A stretch of DNA of 64,000 nt from assembly GCF_039541115.1 (NCBI RefSeq), contig NZ_BAABFP010000008.1, forward strand, positions 62,001-126,000, written 5' to 3'. Made by a program: the position numbers and the translations under genes. This document shows, in pieces, positions 56,800-64,000 of the stretch. The stretch comes from Angustibacter luteus. GTDB lineage: Bacteria; Actinomycetota; Actinomycetes; Actinomycetales; Angustibacteraceae. Every line of letters begins with the position of its first letter. The stretch's first letter is position 1. The notes under the pieces were generated by a model, which did not search any database, had not been told where the DNA came from, and was given only the letters and a program-made list of their open reading frames with translations.

Positions 56800-56864
56800 C
56801 GGGGTCGGGGCGCGCGGCGGGCAAACATACCGACGGGTAGTCCCGGTATCCGGGACGTCGCGGG

Positions 56865-57824
56865 CTATCCCTGCAGCGCGGCGCCCAGCGCGGAACCCAG
56901 CGCGTCGATGTGCCGGACGTCGGTCCCGCAGCAGCCGCCCAGCACGCTCAGCGCGGGCATCGTGTCGCGCAGCCCGAGCAGCCCGGCGGCCAGCGCGACG
57001 GGGTCGCCGTCGTCCAGCTCGGTGGCCTCGTCCAGCTCGGCGTGGCTGCGGGTCGAGGCGTTCGCCCGCACGCCGACCAGGCGCGACGCCCACGGCGCGG
57101 TCGGGTCCAGGACCGGCGCGATGTGCTCGGGGTGGGCGCAGTTGACCATGAAGTAGGCCGCGTAGCCGTCGGTGGCGTCGTCCACCGCGGTGATCGCGTC
57201 GCCGAGCGCGGTGCCGTCCGGGAGCCGGCCGTCGACCTCGACGGTGAACGACGGCACCGCCGGCACTCCCGTGGCGGCCGCGGCCAGCACGAAGCCGATG
57301 GCCTCCTGCGGATAGCCGAGGGTGAGCAGGCTGACGAGGTCCACGCCGGTCTCGGCGAAGGACTCCACCTGCTGCTGGTGGTAGACCCGGGCCTGCTCGG
57401 CGCTCATCCGCTCGGACACCACGTACCCGTCGCCACGGGGTCCGAGGCAGCCACTGACCAGCGAAGGACCGGCCTGGTTGGGCACCCGCCGACGCACGCC
57501 GTCGACCAGCTCGTAGGCCTCGCGGTTGGCCCGGACGACGTCCGGGACCGACCAGCCCACCGCGGCGGCCCAGCCCGCGCTGGCCCGCCACGTGGGGGTC
57601 TCGACGAGGGAGCCGACCCCGTGTGCCGCAGCGGTTTCCAGGTGCTCGCGGAAGTACCTCTCGAGGAGCACGCGACCGTCGTCGTCGCGCAGCAGGGTGA
57701 ACGCCGCGAAGGCCGGCAGGTCGGCGCCGTGGTGGAAGATCAGGTCCGTCTCGATGCCGGAGTCGGTGACCAGCACAGCCCCGTCCAGCTGGGGGAGAAC
57801 TGCGGACGCTGCGGCTGCCGGCAT
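56865..57824 (-). CDS. Homocysteine S-methyltransferase family protein
   Basis: TDSGIETDL, GPRGDGY, VNCAHP, GGCCGTD zinc ligands. Confidence 0.9.
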   Translation of the reverse strand: MPAAAASAVLPQLDGAVLVTDSGIETDLIFHHGADLPAFAAFTLLRDDDGRVLLERYFREHLETAAAHGVGSLVETPTWRASAGWAAAVGWSVPDVVRANREAYELVDGVRRRVPNQAGPSLVSGCLGPRGDGYVVSERMSAEQARVYHQQQVESFAETGVDLVSLLTLGYPQEAIGFVLAAAATGVPAVPSFTVEVDGRLPDGTALGDAITAVDDATDGYAAYFMVNCAHPEHIAPVLDPTAPWASRLVGVRANASTRSHAELDEATELDDGDPVALAAGLLGLRDTMPALSVLGGCCGTDVRHIDALGSALGAALQG

Positions 57825-57851
57825 GGGACGCCTCCTTCGACGTCCACCACG

Positions 57852-58547
57852 CTAGGGCTGCAGGCGCTCCGTGCGCCAGGACCGCGGGTCGTCCAGGCCG
57901 CCGTCCCCGGTCCGGGTGAACACCAGCCGGTCGTGCAGCCGCGAGCGCCGCCCGACCCAGAGCTCCACGACGTCCGGGCGGAGCAGGTAGCCGCCCCAGG
58001 TGGACGGCGCGGGGACGTCGGCCGGTGAGCCCGTGTCGGGCCACCGGGACTCCTCCGCCGCGACCTTGGCCTCCAGCTCGGCGCGGGTGCCGATCGGCTG
58101 GGACTGCCGGGAGGCTCGGGTGGCCACCTGCGAGCCGCGCGGGCGGGTCGCGAAGTAGGCGGCGGCGTCGTCCGGGCCGGTCGGGGTGACCGCACCGCGC
58201 AGCCGGATCTGCCGGAACATGGGGTGCCACAGCAGGACGAGCGCCGCGTGCGGGTGCGCCGCGAGCTGCTGACCCTTGGCGGACCGGGTGTTCGTGTAGA
58301 AGGTGAGGCCACCCGCCGACAGGCCCTTGAGCAGCACGGTGCGCGCGTCCGGCAGGCCGTCGGCGTCCACGGTGGCGACGACCATCGCGTTGGGCTCGGC
58401 CACTCGCGGGTCGGCCTTCGCCTCGGCGTACCACCGCTCGACCCAGGCCAGCGGGGCGCCGGCGCCGCCGGGCGAGACGTCGTCGCCGATCAGCTCGCCG
58501 TCGTAGTCCAGTCGCGCGGTGGGGTCGACCACTCGTCGTTCGCTCAC
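57852..58547 (-). CDS. pdxH: Pyridoxamine 5'-phosphate oxidase
   Basis: EPNAM, RTVLLK, FYTN..SAKG, YFATRPRGSQ, WGGY, SRLHDR; start inferred. Confidence 0.93.
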   Translation of the reverse strand: MSERRVVDPTARLDYDGELIGDDVSPGGAGAPLAWVERWYAEAKADPRVAEPNAMVVATVDADGLPDARTVLLKGLSAGGLTFYTNTRSAKGQQLAAHPHAALVLLWHPMFRQIRLRGAVTPTGPDDAAAYFATRPRGSQVATRASRQSQPIGTRAELEAKVAAEESRWPDTGSPADVPAPSTWGGYLLRPDVVELWVGRRSRLHDRLVFTRTGDGGLDDPRSWRTERLQP

Positions 58548-58635
58548 CCGCTGAGCGTAGGCGCTGGTCTGACTACCAGCGGGTAGGTGCAGAATGTCCC
58601 CGACGACGAGCTCGACGAGGAGTGGGAGGAGCGTC

Positions 58636-59754
58636 ATGACCGACGCCGACACGACGTTCCGTCCGGGTCTCGAGGGTGTCATCGCCTTCGAGAGCGAGAT
58701 CGCCGAGCCCGACCGCGAGGGCGGCGCGCTGCGCTACCGCGGTATCGACATCAACGACCTGGTGGGCCAGGTGTCGTTCGGGAACGTGTGGGGCCTGCTG
58801 GTGGACGACGAGTTCAACCCCGGCCTGCCGCCCGCCGAGCCGTTCCCGCTGCCCGTGCACACCGGCGACGTCCGGGTGGACGTGCAGAGCGCGTTGGCCC
58901 AGCTGGCGCCGATCTGGGGCTACCGGCCGCTGCTGGACATCGACGCCGAGCAGTGCCGCGAGGACCTCGCGCGCGCGTCCGTGATGGCGCTGTCGTTCAT
59001 CGCGCAGTCGGCCCGTGGCCAGGAGCTGCCGATGGTGCCGCAGCGCGAGGTGGACCGCGCGCACACCATCGTCGAGCGGTTCATGATCCGCTGGCGCGGC
59101 GAGCCCGACCCACGGCACGTCGAGGCGGTCGACGCCTACTGGGTGTCCGCGGCCGAGCACGGCATGAACGCCTCGACCTTCACGGCGCGGGTGATCGCCT
59201 CGACCGGGGCGGACGTGGCGGCCTGCCTGTCCGGTGCCGTGGGGGCGATGAGCGGCCCGCTGCACGGCGGGGCGCCGTCCCGCGTGCTGCACATGATCGA
59301 GGGCGTGGAACGGACCGGCGACGCCGGCGCGTACGTGCGCGGCGTGCTGGACCGCGGCGAGCGGCTGATGGGCTTCGGGCACCGCGTCTACCGCGCCGAG
59401 GACCCGCGGGCCCGGGTGCTGCGGGCCACCGCGCAGCGGCTCGGTGCGCCGCGCTACGAGGTCGCGGCGGCGCTGGAGAAGGCGGCCCTGGACGAGCTGC
59501 ACGCGCGCCGTCCGGACCGCGTGCTGGCGACCAACGTGGAGTTCTGGGCCGCCGTGATCCTGGACTTCGCCGAGGTCCCGGCGTCCATGTTCACCCCGAT
59601 GTTCACCTGCGCGCGCACGGCGGGCTGGTCCGCGCACGTGCTGGAGCAGAAGCGCACCGGACGGCTGATCCGGCCCAGCGCGCGATACATCGGGCACGGC
59701 CCGCGCACGCCGCAGGACGTCATCGGCTGGAGCGACGCCGTCGCGCACCACTGA
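58636..59754 (+). CDS. citA: Citrate synthase 2
   Basis: GLEGV, EHGMNASTF, GPLHGGA, MGFGHRVY..DPR, NVEFW. Confidence 0.94.
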   Translation: MTDADTTFRPGLEGVIAFESEIAEPDREGGALRYRGIDINDLVGQVSFGNVWGLLVDDEFNPGLPPAEPFPLPVHTGDVRVDVQSALAQLAPIWGYRPLLDIDAEQCREDLARASVMALSFIAQSARGQELPMVPQREVDRAHTIVERFMIRWRGEPDPRHVEAVDAYWVSAAEHGMNASTFTARVIASTGADVAACLSGAVGAMSGPLHGGAPSRVLHMIEGVERTGDAGAYVRGVLDRGERLMGFGHRVYRAEDPRARVLRATAQRLGAPRYEVAAALEKAALDELHARRPDRVLATNVEFWAAVILDFAEVPASMFTPMFTCARTAGWSAHVLEQKRTGRLIRPSARYIGHGPRTPQDVIGWSDAVAHH

Positions 59755-61989
<2,235 letters not shown>

Positions 61990-61993
<4 letters not shown>

Positions 61994-63183
61994 CTGCGCG
62001 GCCGGGACAGCGCGGCCGTCACCTCGGGGTCGAGCAGCCGGGCCAGCGCGGGGTGCACGTTCCAGTCGGAGGTCATGGCCCGGTACTCCGCGAGCACCGA
62101 GTCCTTGGCCGGGGCCGTCGTCCGGGTGGCGCGGATCATGGCGTTGCGCGGGGTGTGCCGGGAGTCGACGAACTCGACCACGTCGACCCGGTAGCCGACC
62201 ATCCGCAGCACCAGGGCGCGCAGCGAGTCGGTGAGGACGTCGGCGAAGCGCTCGCGCAGGATCGGGTGCCGGGCCACCGCGCCGTACGGATTGGGCGCCC
62301 CGGGGCCGGCGGCGAGCTGCCGCTGGACGTCGTGGTGGCAGCAGGGCGCGGCGAGGACGACGGCCGACTCCCACCGCTTGGCCCGGGCGAGGGCGTCGTC
62401 GGTGGCGGTGTCGCAGGCATGCAGCGCGAGGACCAGCACGGGCGGCTGCCCGCCGAAGGGGTCGGCGTCCCCGATCGCGCCGACCCGGAAGGTGAGGCCA
62501 TCGAGACCGGCCTCGGCGGCCAGCCGGGTGTTGCGCTCGACGACGTCCGGGCGGATGTCGATGCCGACGGTCTGCACGTCGCCCAGCCGTTCGGCCAGGA
62601 ACCGGTGCGCGGCGAAGGTGAGGTAGGCGTTGCCGCAGCCCAGGTCGACCACCCGGACCGGCCGGTCGGTCGGCAGCTTGTCCAGCGTGGGCTCGAGCAG
62701 GCGCAGGAACGCGTCCACCTGCCGGCGCTTGTCGCCGTCCGCGCCGAGCACCCGGAACAGCGGGTCGTCCGGCGAGACCAGCCGCTGGCGGACCCGGTCG
62801 TGCGAGCGCACCTCGACGACCCGGCGGCTGGCCGGCGCCCGGTGCACCTGCGCGGCACCCTTCTTGGTGACCCGCAGCTGCACGGTCTCGTCGACGGTCT
62901 CGACGTGCCAGTTGCCGAACGGCTCGGCCAGCAGCGCGTCCACGGTGGCCGCGGCGGCGCCGTACGGGGTGTTGCGGGTCGTCGCGGCGCGCCCGTCGTG
63001 CGTGACGACCTGCAGGACGCGGCCGCTCTTCAGGTCGACCGGCCGCAGCTCGGCGCGCGTCACGGACGGGTGCGCGGTGCGGCGGCGGCCGGCCGCGACG
63101 GCCCGGACGAGCTTGTCGGGGTCGAGCAGGGCGGGCCGCAGCTGGGCCAGGGCGTCGTCGAGGTCGAGCACGTCGTCCATCAT
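61990..63183 (-). CDS. Class I SAM-dependent methyltransferase
   Basis: VVDLGCGNAYLTF, ALHACDTATD, APCCH, EFVDSRHTPRN. Confidence 0.9.
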
Positions 63184-63220
63184 CACCGATCCCAGCGACC
63201 CTCCGCGCATCCCCAATCTT

Positions 63221-63269
63221 CTTTGCAAAGGAGTCTTGGCAAAGAAGTCTTTGCAAAGTAGCTTTGGCA
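63221..63269. promoter_or_regulatory. Array of CTTTGCAAAG-like palindromes, about 14-bp period, upstream of ArsR-like gene
   Basis: ctttgcaaag 63221, cttggcaaag 63235, ctttgcaaag 63249, partial ctttggca 63262. Confidence 0.72.
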
Positions 63270-63271
63270 CC

Positions 63272-63910
63272 ATGAACGAGACCCCCGACGGCAGCCAGCA
63301 GCCCGAGCCGGCCCAGGACCCCCAGGAGCTGCGGCTGGACGCCCGCACCCTGCGCGGCCTGGCCCACCCGCTGCGGGTGCGCATCCTCGGCATGCTGCGC
63401 CGCGACGGCGCCGCCACCGCGACCGGACTGGCCGAGAAGCTCGGCCAGTCCAGCGCCGCGACCAGCTACCACCTGCGCCAGCTCGCCGAGTACGGCTTCA
63501 TCGTCGAGGTCGAGGAGCTCGGCCAGGGCCGGGAGCGGTACTGGAAGTCGGCCAGCCGGTCGACGACGCTGGACGTCGGCGCCTACGTCACCGACCCCGA
63601 GCTGGCCGCGAACACGGAGACCTACCTGCGGGCCGTCACCCGGATGTCCGCGGACCTGGTGCAGAGCCACCTGGACGAGAAGGTCGCGCTGCCGGGCCAC
63701 TGGCAGTCCGCCGGCACGTTCAACGACATCCGGCTGCGCCTGACCCCCGACCAGGCCGACGAGCTCGCCGAGCGCATGTGGGCGCTGGTCAACGAGTACC
63801 CGCGCGCTGACGAGCTCGCGCCGCCGGTGGACGACACCGACCCGGGCGAGGCCCTGCGCCCCGTCGACGTCCAGCTCAACGTCTTCCCGGTCCCTGGGGA
63901 CGCGCGATGA
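63272..63910 (+). CDS. ArsR-like winged-HTH regulator
   Basis: LRGLAHPLRVRIL, SYHLRQLAEYGFI, GRERYW. Confidence 0.9.
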   Translation: MNETPDGSQQPEPAQDPQELRLDARTLRGLAHPLRVRILGMLRRDGAATATGLAEKLGQSSAATSYHLRQLAEYGFIVEVEELGQGRERYWKSASRSTTLDVGAYVTDPELAANTETYLRAVTRMSADLVQSHLDEKVALPGHWQSAGTFNDIRLRLTPDQADELAERMWALVNEYPRADELAPPVDDTDPGEALRPVDVQLNVFPVPGDAR

Positions 63911-64000
63911 GCCGGACGACGGCGCCCGCCCGCGCCTCCCTGCGCCCGATGATCGCGCTGCTGACCGCGTACGGCATCTCGCTGGTCGGCACCCGGCTCT
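63907..64000 (+). CDS. Partial CDS, probably an MFS transporter N-terminus
   Basis: ATGA overlap; MSRTTAPARASLRPMIALLTAYGISLVGTRL; cut by window end. Confidence 0.55.
   Translation, partial: MSRTTAPARASLRPMIALLTAYGISLVGTRL

Overview
Very GC-rich actinobacterial chromosome segment, mostly housekeeping and metabolic genes. I saw no prophage, IS, integrase, rRNA or CRISPR array. Left half: aldo/keto reductase, ArsR-SRPBCC pair, tRNA-Ala(CGC), the glpR/sepX-GNAT-moaB-moaC-moeA-galU block, a diguanylate cyclase, fthC, penicillin acylase and K+/H+ antiporter. These are followed by a copper/disulfide cluster (RGPP-ending membrane ORF, copC, MauE/DoxX, DsbA), modABC with a TOBE regulator, CIRCE-preceded fmdB, mtnP, mscL and a DUF4011-type SF1 helicase-nuclease. 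Middle (about 29-47 kb): a patchwork of MFS/MarR modules, small enzymes, an amidohydrolase-S41 peptidase-UDG-like operon and tRNA-Arg(CCT). Right: HNH, NlpC/P60 under a c-di-AMP riboswitch, ideR, photolyase, rutE, sigK-rskA, edd-eda, pdxH, citA, serC. Best leads: (1) an unannotated ~235-nt structured RNA (53880-54115, minus) with its own -10, a 15-nt 16S-complementary SD and a 12-aa micro-ORF; (2) the deaminase-like/S41 protease/UDG-like operon; (3) a putative RGPP ribosome-arrest leader before copC; (4) a promoter-linked C-rich-loop hairpin upstream of the DUF4011 helicase. All calls come from reading motifs by eye; no searches were run and many start codons are my best choice.
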